Shown here one piece after another: positions 24,241 through 37,315 of a stretch of 64,000 nucleotides of DNA (position 1 is the stretch's first letter; every line of letters begins with the position of its first letter). The notes beneath the pieces are model-generated. The model was given only the letters and a program-made list of their open reading frames with translations. It was not told the origin of the DNA and ran no database searches. Source of the stretch: Marsupella aquatica (taxonomy: Eukaryota > Plantae > Marchantiophyta); assembly GCA_973895155.1 (NCBI GenBank), contig OZ316895.1:19730803-19794802 (forward strand), written 5' to 3'. The translations under genes were made by a program, and so were the position numbers.

Positions 24241-26022
24241 GTTCTTTTGAGTAAAAAAAAAAAGTTAATAGTAAGCCCAATCTTAGTGTGGAATGATTTT
24301 TTTCCTCAGAAGTAAACTCCAATCCATGCGACGGGAGGAGACAGGCAAATCCACCATCGTGTCAAGTGCCAAGTACCAACCCCAACGACTGAGTAGGTAC
24401 CATATAATAATAGCAAGACAAAGGTAGACAAGTTATAAAACCTGGTGTAATATCTACACTAGATTGCCAGCTGACAGGATGGTACCAAAAATGTACTTCC
24501 CTAGGCTGCCACGAGATATGCGTCAATGTAGAATGGTTAATCGTAGTGTTAGATATATCGCTGGATAAAATGTTGAGTATGTACATGATCAGCTTTGTAT
24601 AACCTATAATCAGGAGTCACCTGAACTTGGCAATTCAAACAGTCAAGTAACCAATGTCATTGGCATTCAACTTTAATGCAGTATGGCAAATTTGTACAGT
24701 ACCTTGGTTTGGAAAATGAAGCCGGGAGGGACCTTCATGTTGGACACCTTGCTCCGGCTGATCACATTTTGGTGGTCCATGAGAGTTTTGGGCTTGGAAC
24801 TTGATGTTTATGAATCTTAAGATAATTTAGTTTTTCACATGCAAGGTAACTATAGAAGAAGGAAACATTGAAAAAACACAAACTCTAGTATTTGATATTA
24901 ACACAATGAAAATTAATCTAATAATTATAATTTTACCCCTGTGCATTCCATGATGAATTTACCTACTCTTCTAGCACATCCTTGAAACTAAGAAATTTTA
25001 AAAAATTTGAACACCAAATTATTATAATTAAACTTAAATTTTGAGAAATGTGTTTATTGGGTTTTCAAAGACCAACATTGTGGTCCATGTAGTATCATTT
25101 TTCTTAGTTCAGGATATGATAATGATATTAGTACAGTCGGTTTGAAGTCTTTGTCCAATCTAATTGCCTGCAGTCCATGGTGTTCAGTCGTTTGTAATGG
25201 TTAGCTCACACTGTATACGCAATTTTCAAAGTTACACGGATCTCTCACTTCCATAAGAAATAGCAATTTAAAGCCATAGAAGAAATAGGAGAAATATATT
25301 ACACATAAATTTTTTACAATGAAGAGCAAACAAAAAGAGTAAAATTCAAGCAATTCAAAGCCATAGAAGAAACAGGAGAAATATATTACACAGAAATGAC
25401 TAAACAAGGAACAATAAATAGCAAACAAAAGAGTAAAATTCAAAGGAGTAAAATTCAAAGGATGTAACTGAACTTTGAATCGCTAATAAGTATGATCCTT
25501 GAAACATACTCCAAATTTGTAAACTCTTCACTGGAATGCCAAAGGACGCAAAAGCCATGATGAGTCGCACACTTTTTTTCCGGGAATTTGTATTTTGACG
25601 TAGCTGCTCGACAGGCCAAGTCAGCTTCTGGACCCACACTCGTGGACTGTCAATCGCAAGCCTTCACTCGATCATCTACTCTCCATAGATTCACAACTCA
25701 CTGAACTCCGCATCGTCATGATGAGTCCGCATTCTTCGCTATTTGGTACTCTTGATTTCAGACACCGGTTTGAGATGGCTGTACTGTTTAGTATACTAGT
25801 ATATGCTTTGTTGGATGGTGCATAAGCTACATAAGCTCGAACATCACCATGAGCAATCTTCATATGGCTCGACTTCGACGTGCTTGCTTGGGACAATTTG
25901 CAAAGTGAGATCCTCAGGCTTCACCAGCATCCTGCAATCTGTATTAATACTTACAATCTCCAAAGGCACTTGCCTCCCATCGAGTCCTTTTTCAATCACA
26001 ATTTCACATCCTCTCTCGAGCA

Positions 26023-27010
26023 ATGCCTTCGTCTAACAAAATACGCCGCAGCGCATGTCTCACCTCAAGGTCCTGGCGATGCCCGCCCGACCGCTCTCCA
26101 GATAGTCAAGGATGAAGACGTCATCGGCAAGCTCACAGGCTAGACCTTCCTTGTAACTGGATGTAGCGTTGTCTCCGCGACAGGAGCACGGCTTGACTTA
26201 CCGGTCCGGGACCTGGCTACTGCGAACAGCACACTTGCTGACATCCTCGAGCCCGGGCGTGTCGAGCTGCTCGAAATGCATTTGGCTTCCTCAGCTAGTG
26301 TTCGACAGTGCGCTGAAGAGTTACTCCTGAAAGCGCAAGAAAGACACCATGGCCTCAACGTTCCAATTTTGCAACGCAGGCGTAATGGCCTCCAAACCCT
26401 GACGAGAACAGGCGATGGATTTGAAATCCAATTCGGAACGAATCACCTAGGCCATTTCCTTCTATTCAACCTCCTCAAAGACGCCCTCTTTACCTCCTCA
26501 ACGCCCGAGTTCAACTCCAGAGGGTTGATGCGCTCCTCCTCCGGCCATCGAAATGGTGGGTTCCGCTTACACGACCTCTTCTACGAGGAGAATTCGTACT
26601 CTCCATGGAGTGCAAACGCCCCGGCATACGCACAATCGAAGACGGCAAACATGATCTACATGACATTGAGCGACATTTTGGGCGCGAAGGGATCCACGCC
26701 AACGCCCTGATGCCAGGCGGGATCTGGACGCCGTTGCAGAAACAGTGGGACTAAGAATCGCTTTCGAAGCTGAAAGCAGATGTGGAAATTAACAAAGGCG
26801 TGAAAAGTACTGAACAGGGGCTGCGACGACCGTATGGGAGGCGGTGGCGAAGGAGTGGGAGGGCAAGGGGGGCTGCTATCTCGATAATTGTCAGCTGGCG
26901 GAGTTGGTGGTCGATGCGAAACGTTTAGAGCCGGGATTTGTAAAGCATGCTTTTGACGAAGACGCGGAGGAGAGGCTGTGGGTGGAGAGTGATTAATTGG
27001 TAGGGTTGTA
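26023..27010 (+). pseudogene. Intronless short-chain dehydrogenase/reductase (WWOX/retinol-dehydrogenase-like), degenerate
   Basis: KYAAAHVSPQGPGDARPTALQIVKDE..GKLTG*TFLVTGCS; DGFEIQFGTNHLGHFLLFNLL; SSSGHR; catalytic YAQSK; QGAATTVW-like; RLW. Several frameshifts and stops. Confidence 0.88.
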
Positions 27011-29691
27011 GAATATTTTAGGTGTAGCTTCGACCTCATAAATTCTTCAGGTATTTTTCAATAAATTTCAATTCAAATGGAATAATTGTGTACTTATTGA
27101 TGGCCGTCCCTGGACTGATAGTACTCATTGGTTGCATACAATGGAATTTCTATATCTCGGAATCATGTGAAGACTAGTATGGAAACATGTATGAATTTGT
27201 AAGGCTGGACCCATTTGGTTGTTTCCACTTCAACCCTGGAACATGCAACCCGTAACGTTCGCATCCTTGGCGGCCTTGATTTTCTTCTTTCATGCAATCT
27301 GTACGAGCATAATTAGTGAAGAAATTGTACTCTTTCGTATGGACGCTGAGGTTTAAGGGTTTAGAATTTCACGTGAACGATTTTGAGATTGTGAGGCAAA
27401 TTGCGCAGATATGTAAAATCTACTCTAACGAATGGTTATGCTAGTGAATGTAGCCCAAGAGTGTCGCATGATCAATCTCCAAACACGGCACTGCACTTAA
27501 TTTCTCCAATATCATGTCATTATGTAGTAGTAATGTCACTGTCGGATGATGATCTGATTTTCCAGAGATTTATTTATACTAATACCTCATATTTATGGCG
27601 AAATCTTTGAGACTGAGCGGACTGATCAATCGGAAGTAGCTCGTGATGTTCTATGTCATTTTGAAACAAATGATGCCTTTAATCCATAGATTTCGAGAGT
27701 GAATATCAAATTGCGAAGATGTAGCTCCTGGGACGAAGTTGAGCCTTGTTCCTGGACAGCCCACTGATCTGCCTTTGCGCTGAGGAATATGACACATTGA
27801 AGTGTGGGATGCAGAAAGTCTACAGCTTTGTTAGCAAGATTCCAGAACTTTCCCAATTCGTCCCAGAATTCTAAGGAAATTAGAACTCTAATTCAACATA
27901 GAAGGAACGAGTGATGTTAGTTGTCAATTGCCCCTTCATGGATGAATCTATCAATAGCTCTTGGGAATAATCGAAACTCTTCCGACACAACGGTCTCCAT
28001 GACTACTTGATATGGGTTCCTTGTTCTCTTCTAGTGTCTTTCCCTGTTTCCATATTTAAGGTAATCGATTGGTGACAGCAAGTATCTACTCTTGGAACGT
28101 TTCTTCAGAAACAGGGACTTGTAATCTCGCAATTCCCTGCGACACTAACCCGACCAGCATTGGACTCATTGGTTGCCTTGGTAAACTACGAGGGAACTCT
28201 TGCAACTTTTGTTTGTTTTGAACAATGGATTCCTTCAATGATGTCTTTGGAAGATTGTCCAAATAACCAACGTAAGCAATTGCTGACACCAGATCTAAAC
28301 CTTTCGAAATGTCCTTATAAAGTGGGACCTCTTCGCTCCGACGCTCTAGTTACACTTAGCCATACCAGCTGAGATTATATGTTGCCTTGAGAGAATATTA
28401 GAAAGAGCTCTGGCAAATTCCACCTCCGATTCTCCTGAGAAATTCCTCGACTGTTCTATGGTTGACAGTTCGTCTTATTGTGAATGGAGGAACCAAAAAC
28501 CAACAAGTTTGAGAGACTCAAGAGTGGTGAAAGACAGTCAGATTGCATTGTGGCTCTGAGCTCTCTCTCTTTATTATATAGGTGAGGGAAATGAGTCAAC
28601 AGTCAATCTAAAAACCTGGTTGAGTGATCTTGGTCTGAGCTTGACTTTCTAGTCCAGCCGTCTGATTAAGACCATTTTGCACTCTCATATCTAGAGTCTG
28701 TTGTTTGACTTAGCTTCATGCACTCTCAAATCAAGACTTCTTTTGTTGGCTCAATTTAGCCAAAGAGTCAATCTAGACGGGAAGGAGTGGTCTGGGTCTG
28801 AGTTTGAGTCTTAGCTCAGTCCAGCTATCTATTTAGACCATGAGCCGTCATACTCTCAGTCTCAAACTCCATTGTTGACTTGGCTTTCTATGTAGACCCA
28901 AAGGAGTGGTTTGGGTCTGAGTCAATTGGATCTACGTAGAATGGTTTTAGACAGTACATACTTTGACTGATACTTTCCTACTCTTTCCTAGCTTGTTCTC
29001 TGTTGCGGGCCAGCCGCAACAATGCTACCCATTCCTTCTACCCTCGTGCTGTCATGCTGCAGCGCAATGCTGCCAATTCTTGGTGTCTCTTAGTAGCTTG
29101 TCTTCCTGATGCTGCCCAATTGTTCTGTCATAGGACGAAATTCTCGCAAATCTTGTTAGCTTGGTCCACCAGTACCGGCCGATCCTTGTAGTGTAGTTAG
29201 AAGAAAGTCCCATGTGAATCCAGCGTGTTCTTCTATTTCGTCATTCTTTTCTCGTGGTGGGTTGCTGAGCAGCTGCTTTCAGTTTCTCATTTGCGCTCTG
29301 CTAGTAACTCCAGCAACCAAACTTATGGGATGGTTCAAGGATCTACCATCATGAAACAGTTCCACTTCTTCATGTGAATGCGACCTTTCTATGAATGTTG
29401 GACTCACAAGACGTTGAAATAGGGTTGTCCTTCACTGTCTGTTGACTTCCGTGCTTGCACAACGACGTTAAGAATGATTTTTATCTAAAGGGAGTGCCAC
29501 AGGAATTCCTTCTGGGCCAAGCCACAATTATGTGGATAAAGGTTTAAAGCAGCAATCGAACTGAAAGTGTTCTGGAAGAAGCTTATCAAGACAAACTAGA
29601 ACCTCCTTAATTATTCCCAGTGAAGTCAAATACAAATACACCAAGCCCTGATATGCACATCTATTACACGACCTAAGCTAAACAACTAATA

Positions 29692-30510
29692 CTAAGCTGC
29701 TAAAGAAACCACTCCAAAGACAAAGCTACTTATGTCAATCAAGGTGGTTAACATTCTGGCAGCCGTCTTAAACTGGTCGTTCGCGAACAGACGCTTCATG
29801 GCAGCCACGATTCTGTCAATGATAGACGTTGCCATTTCCCCTAGCTCAGGGTCGCTCATGTCCGCTATCTTTGGAACAACTAATTTATAATCCCTCTCTC
29901 GAAAGAGATTTTCCAGATCTTCTTCGAGTTTTGGTATTGATTCTTTCCTGATTTCTACATGCCTGCCTCCTATAACTCCTGTCCTAAGGGGAGGTATGTT
30001 AGTCACCAAAACTGGGAGTCCTGGAGTCCTCATATATAGTGGCAGGCTGTTCCTTTCTTTGTCTAGCCATTGTTCGTCTGCACAGGTAAAGAGAACAACA
30101 AAGCCTGCTTCGGCACCCTCAAAAATGTTGACAAATATTTCCCAGATCATCTCGTCGATTGTGGTGATCCGGCCTTTCTTGATTACATATATGATGTGGG
30201 AGTATTCATTCTGGACGCTCTTCAGAAAATTTGTCAACATGACCTTCGGATCCATATTCTTGATGCTTCCCGCTTCTGCTTCACCAAGCCCAACCGTGTC
30301 TACAACTGTCCAACCCCTTCCCGCATCTATCTGGATTTTACGAGTACACCCATTCGCGCCGTCGCTGGATTTGAAGACTGACGTCTCCAGGCCTCCTGTA
30401 ACAAGAACATTGGCAACAGTAGACTTTCCAGAACCGGTTTTCCCAAACAGCAACACTTTCTTCTTGTGAGGCTCGTTCGAAGACGAGGTGGCGCACGAAG
30501 CCTCCGCCAT
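29692..30510 (-). CDS. AIG1/GIMAP-like P-loop GTPase, 272 aa, single coding exon, hydrophobic C-tail
   Basis: G1 GKTGSGKS, G2 GCT, G3 VVDTVG, GRIT box, G4-like VLFTCAD. The ORF is intact. Confidence 0.85.
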   Translation of the reverse strand: MAEASCATSSSNEPHKKKVLLFGKTGSGKSTVANVLVTGGLETSVFKSSDGANGCTRKIQIDAGRGWTVVDTVGLGEAEAGSIKNMDPKVMLTNFLKSVQNEYSHIIYVIKKGRITTIDEMIWEIFVNIFEGAEAGFVVLFTCADEQWLDKERNSLPLYMRTPGLPVLVTNIPPLRTGVIGGRHVEIRKESIPKLEEDLENLFRERDYKLVVPKIADMSDPELGEMATSIIDRIVAAMKRLFANDQFKTAARMLTTLIDISSFVFGVVSLAA

Positions 30511-30657
30511 CCTCCCGATGTGGTCCTGACACAGGTGTGACTGTGAAGGAGCGCCACCTGTGAATCCTTTGACAAAATCTAGTGAGGAAGAAGAATTTCT
30601 GCCAACGAATGTCAGGGTTTCTCGAGAGGGAAGAATCAGTCAGTTGGACGGCGCTAG

Positions 30658-30820
30658 CAGATGTTGCTTCAGATCCAAGGTAGAATTCAGGTTGGAAAAA
30701 TCGCTTTCGCCCTCATCACACCCTGCACGCCTGAAGCGGTCAGATGTTGCTTCAGATTCAAGGTAGAATTCAAGTTGGAGAAATCGCTTTCGCCCTCATC
30801 AAACCCTGTACGCCTTAAGT
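30658..30820. repeat. 83 bp tandem duplication upstream of the GTPase
   Basis: CAGATGTTGCTTCAGAT.CAAGGTAGAATTCA occurs at 30658 and 30741. Confidence 0.85.
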
Positions 30821-31561
30821 GTACCGTTTCTTGCTCCTTTTACAAAGACTCAGAGATGTCTTGGGACGCCATTCTGATCGAGAGCAATCAAACAAAGGGA
30901 GTCGAGAGTTGAATTGCATATCGCCTTAATTTAGAGACGAAAACAACATCAGTATTTCATTCTAGCGCTCCTCTGTAGAGGCACAGACCGAGTACCTTGT
31001 GTCCCTTCAATCAGCAATCAAAGTAAGTCAGATCTCACATCCCCTGCATCGATCCCCAGAAACAAAAACCCTCCCAGTACTCTTCGAGATCGCTTCTCAA
31101 TCTCATCAACAGCGAGCATACGGAGTCACTCAAAATCTGTACCCCTCCTCGTCGTCAACGAAGCTATGAATCATTCTCAGTAATTCATTCTACAACGGAC
31201 TGCTCTTAGTCCACAGGCAGACTGATCCTTGCCACTTTCATCAATTAGCAAACAAAGTGAGTCAAAACTGGTACCCCAAAAATCTGCTGTTAGGGGATTC
31301 AATACTTCTACTACTGTATTGTACTGCCTCTTCTCGTCTGTATTGCGGTTCAAGGCTCGGATCCATTCAATTGACTCCATAGCGCGTCCTTCCCACCGAC
31401 CAAAGAATATGCAGCGTCCGGGAGGCAGCAACAAGTCACGTATGCTGCCCCCCTTCTCTAGCAACTTACGACAAGATTTTTCGAGGATTCCTCTTCATCA
31501 TTACTTTATGTCGGACGGCAAATGTGGACTGTGATTTGGAAATCTCCTGTATTGCTCATTA

Positions 31562-31812
31562 TTTTATCGAATGTTGGAAGGAAAATAAATAACTTCAAAA
31601 GTTACGCAAAAGATGCGTCTCTGATTATGGAATCTCCTTTGCGAACACGTTTTGTACGGTATTGTATCGAACGATTTTGAGATCTCTGGTCTTGTTCATT
31701 ATTAATTTTATCGAATGTTGGAAGGAAAAGAAAGAAATCGAAAGCTACGTAAAAGATGACTCTCTGATTATGATCTCCTTTGGGAACACGTTTTTGGTCG
31801 GTATTGTATCGT
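31562..31812. repeat. Diverged ~144 bp tandem duplication
   Basis: TTTTATCGAATGTTGGAAGGAAAA...TCTCTGATTATG...CGGTATTGTATCG occurs twice. Confidence 0.8.
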
Positions 31813-34633
31813 GTACGTTGGAAGAGAAAGACATCGTTTTTGCCATGACGAAAGGAGTTCGACAATACAGTGTTCTGTTGTTTGTCGTCCCAGGTCCCAG
31901 TTTGTCGTCTCTCGTTCGATCAGCCTTTAGGACACACTGGGGAGGAAAGAAGGACAGTTCTCAGCAAAAGCAACTTTGAGTGTTTTCCAATCCTGGTTCG
32001 TGTTTTCCACCCTAGCTAGATTTATTTTTGCGGGTTTGTGCAGGCTTTTGTTTAGAAGAGAGGCTATATCCCCTGTTTCCTTACTCTTTGCCTTCTTTAG
32101 ACAGAGGGTATTTGTTTAACTTGAGCATGCCCAGGCTTTCACCACTATCTCTAAGGGGGAGGCTTAGGTTGTAGGGCTTCTAGACAGATTCCTATGTGAT
32201 ACCTTCCTATGTGTTTAGTCCAAAAGCTTTATGAGGCCTTTCAGTATTTGGCCCAATAGGATTTTTGTCTTCTCTGTTAAATTGTAGGCTTTGGGTTCTC
32301 TTGCATTTGTTAATGGCTAGTGGACTTGTGAGTTTGGCCTTCTTGTGGTCGTAATCTTTTCCTTTCCTGCGCCCCTTCCCCCCCCCCCTTATTGGGTCTT
32401 TTGCCTTTGCAGCTTTTTACTAACCTGTCCCCCAAACTGAGCTAAATTACTAAAAAAATTGTTTTCTAATCCTGGCCGGGGACAACCACCATACTGTGTG
32501 TAAACCCTAAACCCTTAATAGCATCCGCACTTGCCTGGCACAAGGCTGGCATATGTGACACTTTCTAGGCCCACCCTCAAATTAGGGCTTACACAATCAT
32601 ATTACTACAATCCCTAAAGTTGTGCAGCGCGCTGGCACTCCAACAACCGTCTTACTCCCCATTTTCCAAGTTGCCACTCCTCTTTGCCCAGTGCTGCCAT
32701 ACTGGATTTATGTCACTTATTGTCCCACATATCTGCATCAGAAACAGGGTCACTGACTTGACAACTATGACGTTTGGATGTCTCAAAGCCCTCGCGTGTT
32801 TTTTACTTCGTATTTCTATAGAAGGTCATGAGTCATTACCCTGTGAGTGAGGCACTGAACCCCTATGCCAGCCTGGCCTGGGGATTTTCAAATTTGAATG
32901 AGTATAGGTAAGACTCGAGTGGCAACCAGTAGTAGAAAACAGCTCCTTCAGCTAGCTTGGAGTTTTTTTGATGCTGCTATATGGCAGGACACACTTTGGT
33001 TATCTTGTCTTATTAGAATTTTTTGTTACATATTTTTATGTCAATTTGGTCTATTCTATGTTTTTTGTTTGTATTTTTCTGAATTTGTGAGATTTCTTCC
33101 AACCCCTTTAATTTTTTCAAGTACTTAGTTTTAAGTATGTTGCTTAAACTTCTATTAATCTTTTTATTATGACACCTTATCATATTCCTCTAGTTTAACT
33201 ATTTGTTTATGCTATAGGTACTCATACTTTTCATGAGAATTCATTGAGAAGGTAAACTCTCCAAACTCAATCAGGCAACTACTGTAGAACACTATCCAAC
33301 AATGCCCTGTAACTTATATGTCTATTGTTTAAGAAAATTCCAATGCTTATGGTTTATAGGTTAATAGATGTCAACTAAACAGAGCCCCTACCTAAATAGA
33401 GAGCCCCCCAAATTTTAGAAAGGTACAAAATTAGTTTACTTTGCTTTCATCACAAAATACTGGACGGACAAGGTACACTCACTTGTACATTCAACTTAAT
33501 GTACTTGTTTCATCCATAGAGTATGGTACATGTCTTCACTTTAATGATATGTACTTTTTTATAATTATTGTTTCAACAGCCTTAAATAGGATATGATAGC
33601 TTGTGTTGCATAAATTATACTTTATTGTAAATAAGTTAAAATAGGTGTGTCTTAGAATGGACAAGCTATATAGGTGTGTCTTAGAATGGTTTTCCGCAGG
33701 GAAGTTTTGTCAGGGGTTGGACCTTGGAAAGATGCAGGTCCTCACGCCCCTGCCAAACTTCAATCCATGCAGGAACCTGACCTGAAAAATTGGTGCAAAT
33801 GCTCTAAAGGAGGCTTTACAAGAAAGAGAATACTACCATTTCTTTTTGACACTTAAATCATTCCCTTTTTGGTAAAATACTGAATTATTGTGAAAATACA
33901 AGGATTCTTGTGGGGCAATCATCCAAACGAAAAAAGTTCACCAGAGGTTCTGAAATACTACATAGAGCAGAATTTCCAACCCTGAGTAAAAACTCAAAGA
34001 AAGTGCAACATCTCCTAGAAAATCTCAAAAGGAAAACCAGTATGTGTAGGTCCAGCTCATTTCTGTCTCATTTCATGATTGGCGTGGTATGTACCAAAAC
34101 TTCCATGCTTGGCCTGCTGATTCACTGCATGGTCATGGTGTGTAGGGGCAATGTTGGGGTGATGTTTAGACAAGTTCTGGTTTGATCCCAGGTTTTGGTT
34201 GAGTCTATGCTTGCTTTTGCTGAATTGGATAAAGTTGCACTCTTGAGCTTGCTGAAGGATTCTATTATGCTTCTTGCCTTCTGCATGGCTTACACCATTG
34301 GCTTTTTGGTGCGAACAAGAAACCAAAAACACTTCCATTAGTTTGTTACCCTCAAAAGTATGGTTTTTAATCTGAATCTAGAAAAAATCATCGTGATTAT
34401 GGTGACATCCTGCCTAACAGGACCTTGGCCCTGCCCTCTCCTTTCCCACACCCCACTCCTTCACCCCTCCGTTCCCAGCCCAACTTGTCATACTTTCCCT
34501 AGCCCTTTTCTCTCTTTCTACCACACACCCCTCATCATTCTTCTCCAATCATAGTTGGTCACTACTTATTTGTGGCCACCCCAAGACAGTCAAAATATAG
34601 CCTTTATCCTAAAACAAGTTTAGTTAGGTCAAA

Positions 34634-34830
34634 ACCTTTAATATTCGAGCCTGAAAATTGGGCAGTTCACTTGGATTATCTCTTGTCAATAACACCAATA
34701 ATATTATTGTACATTCTATTCACCATAGATTACGACCTTTAATATTCGAGCCTAAAAATTGGGGAGGTTCACTTGGATTATCTCATCAGACCAATCAATA
34801 TTATTATGCATTCTATTCACCATAGATTAC
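34634..34830. repeat. ~101 bp tandem duplication
   Basis: ACCTTTAATATTCGAGCCT...CATTCTATTCACCATAGATTAC occurs twice. Confidence 0.85.
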
Positions 34831-35463
34831 AGAGATCTAACGGTTTCTGAATAAATAAGATGTGGGAATTTTTTCAGAATTTATAAAAATTCACATCGTC
34901 TCTAACAAGTCCAGATACTGTCTATGATCCAATGACTCATTGGGCCCATTGCACGGAAATGACAGACATCCAACATAAATAGTCATTTCCATTGAGTAAC
35001 TGAGAAGAATACAATGGATGAACATCAAATGAAACCTCTGCCACAATTGCTCAGACATAAGGAGTTTTCGCCACTGCCATACAAACCTCTTTTCACATAC
35101 ATTGATGCAGGTGCTTTGACCAAGAGTCCTTACAGGAAAGGCACTTCCATGATGAGACACCATAGGTGCAATCATTTCCAGACATACCCGAGTGTATATC
35201 TCATTTGGTCGATACACTGGGATAATGGAGACGACCTCAGATTCGTGCAAAATCGGTGAATCCCTCAAGAACTAATCCACTGCTGCAATTTGGGGATGGG
35301 TTGACAGTACTTGCTGGGCCAACTTTGGAGAATGCTGCCACAAACCGCACACCAACTCCTACCAAGCCAGTAGCCCATCCTAACCAGATTCTCCCAAGAT
35401 GTTTCCATGGCAGCAGGACAAAACACTTTCATAAAGTTCCGTGAAAATCTGAAAGGTACGGTT

Positions 35464-37315
35464 TTAAAATAACAAGACCAGAATCTCAAATATTGCTACT
35501 GCTAAAAGAAGAGATGTGCCAAATGAATGTGAGCTAGGTGAAAAGTTTCCTGACGGGCTGAGAGCACTGTTATTACCAAGAGAAATACCCGGACATTCTA
35601 TACCAGCCGGACTGTTGGGATCAGTACAAATGAATGAAAACCAGCCAGTGGTGTAGTTTGGAGCCACCACTTGTAAGGTGGACCAGAAAAGTTCTGCACA
35701 ATTGTTAGTCATATCATTGACAAGAGAGTAGTACGGGCATAACATTCCACCCAGACCATATAGGCAGCATCTCTTCTTGTCATAGTTGGTCGTGAGATTT
35801 ACCACATAAGGGCAATTCTCTTCAAGAACAGTGAAGTTGTCATAGCTCCATTGATGAGGACATTCTGCAGAACAAATGAGTGCCACAAGTCAGCCAAAAG
35901 CCAAACAGTCTCCTAAGATTCCAATGCATCATTGACCCACAACCCCCCAAAATGATGCTTTGCTTACTGATATATTCCTGCATGTAAAGCTTCCTCTACC
36001 TCTAGTCACAACAACAAATAAACCATAGTATTTTGCACAGATGGAATAACACTAAACATGCAACAGCTTTCCAAATTTGCTGTGACGTCCCTCATTGTCG
36101 AAAGTGCAGCCTACCCTTTCCCTAAAATTACGATGAACAAGAAGCTTGAGAGACAGCTGTTGTTTACATATGCGAGTAGGCATATATAATCGAATTGTAT
36201 TTTTACACGGAGCTCATTGTCCCTTGTTCGTCTACTGATCTGTCGACAGAGCTATTATTCCACAATTCTGTTTGACATCTTGTGAGAAACATCTCACATA
36301 ATTATTAGCACATACAATAAAGTAAGATCATGACCATAAATTGATTGTACCAGACACGAGTCATTTCAGGTACTCAGAAAAAAAATAGCATAAAAAGGCT
36401 CCATATCTCAACCAGGAGAATATTCTCCAAAACCTCAGCAGTAATCGAACTGTCAACAACAATAGCAATCTTCCAACAGCTTGCAGAAACGTCTTCATGG
36501 AATGTTATGGGTGAAACGAGTCTAAGTCCTTTATTTGTTTCAAACACGAGCCGGAATGTGGAAGAACATGGCCCGATAGTATCAAAACACAAGAATTTTG
36601 TCACCCTCTTCTTTCGTTTTCCAGCACAAACATCACAGCCCGAAGTGTTGGACTCTCCCAACTGCTGATAACTAGAACGCAGGAGTATAGCAACATAGAA
36701 ATGACAAATCGAAAACCCACGCCAAGAAACAAGTCACCAGCAATAATTACAAGCTCACTGTTATTGCAACCCAGACAGTCCCTTTCAAACTAGTTCTCAT
36801 TGGGTCCAGGCATTTGCAAAGTATGTCCATGACAGGATTCCAAATAACTAGAGATATCAACACTCACGCGTACTATCCTGTAGGAGATGCCGGCCAAAAG
36901 CGAAATAAGTTTCTATGATTTCGTTTTCGCCCTCAGCACTCCCTGTCCCAAAAATACCAAAGTCAGGACGCCAAAATTTAATCAGTGCAGATTAGCGTGA
37001 ATCACGAAGGTAAAGGAAATAAAACCAAAATGTCATCATACCCAATTATGAATCTCTCAAAGACAACCACATTCAACAAAGCATGAGAAAACTAGACATA
37101 TACACATTGAACTTCTGGCACTAATCAGCCAAGGATAGATTAGATATCTTATGAATCAGAGTGGCAGACAATCAAGTCCTGGAGGTACGTAGTCCTTACA
37201 CGTAGATGGTAACAACAGATCCAGGAGACAAACCTGAAACGGAATGAGGCCCCAAAATAAACAAAAGAAGACACCCAAGAACGAAGGCCAATGTGAGCCT
37301 CCTGTGGGTCACCAT
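35464..37315 (-). CDS. LLG: LORELEI-like GPI-anchored protein, 185 aa (exons 37315-37234, 36942-36868, 35864-35464)
   Basis: Signal peptide MVTHRRLTLAFVLGCLLLFILG. A 75-nt exon 2 ends GRHLLQDST. Exon 3 has 8 Cys (CP..C..CC..CPY..ND.TNNCA..C..ECP) plus a Ser-rich omega region and hydrophobic tail. Both introns are phase 1 GT-AG. Confidence 0.88.
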
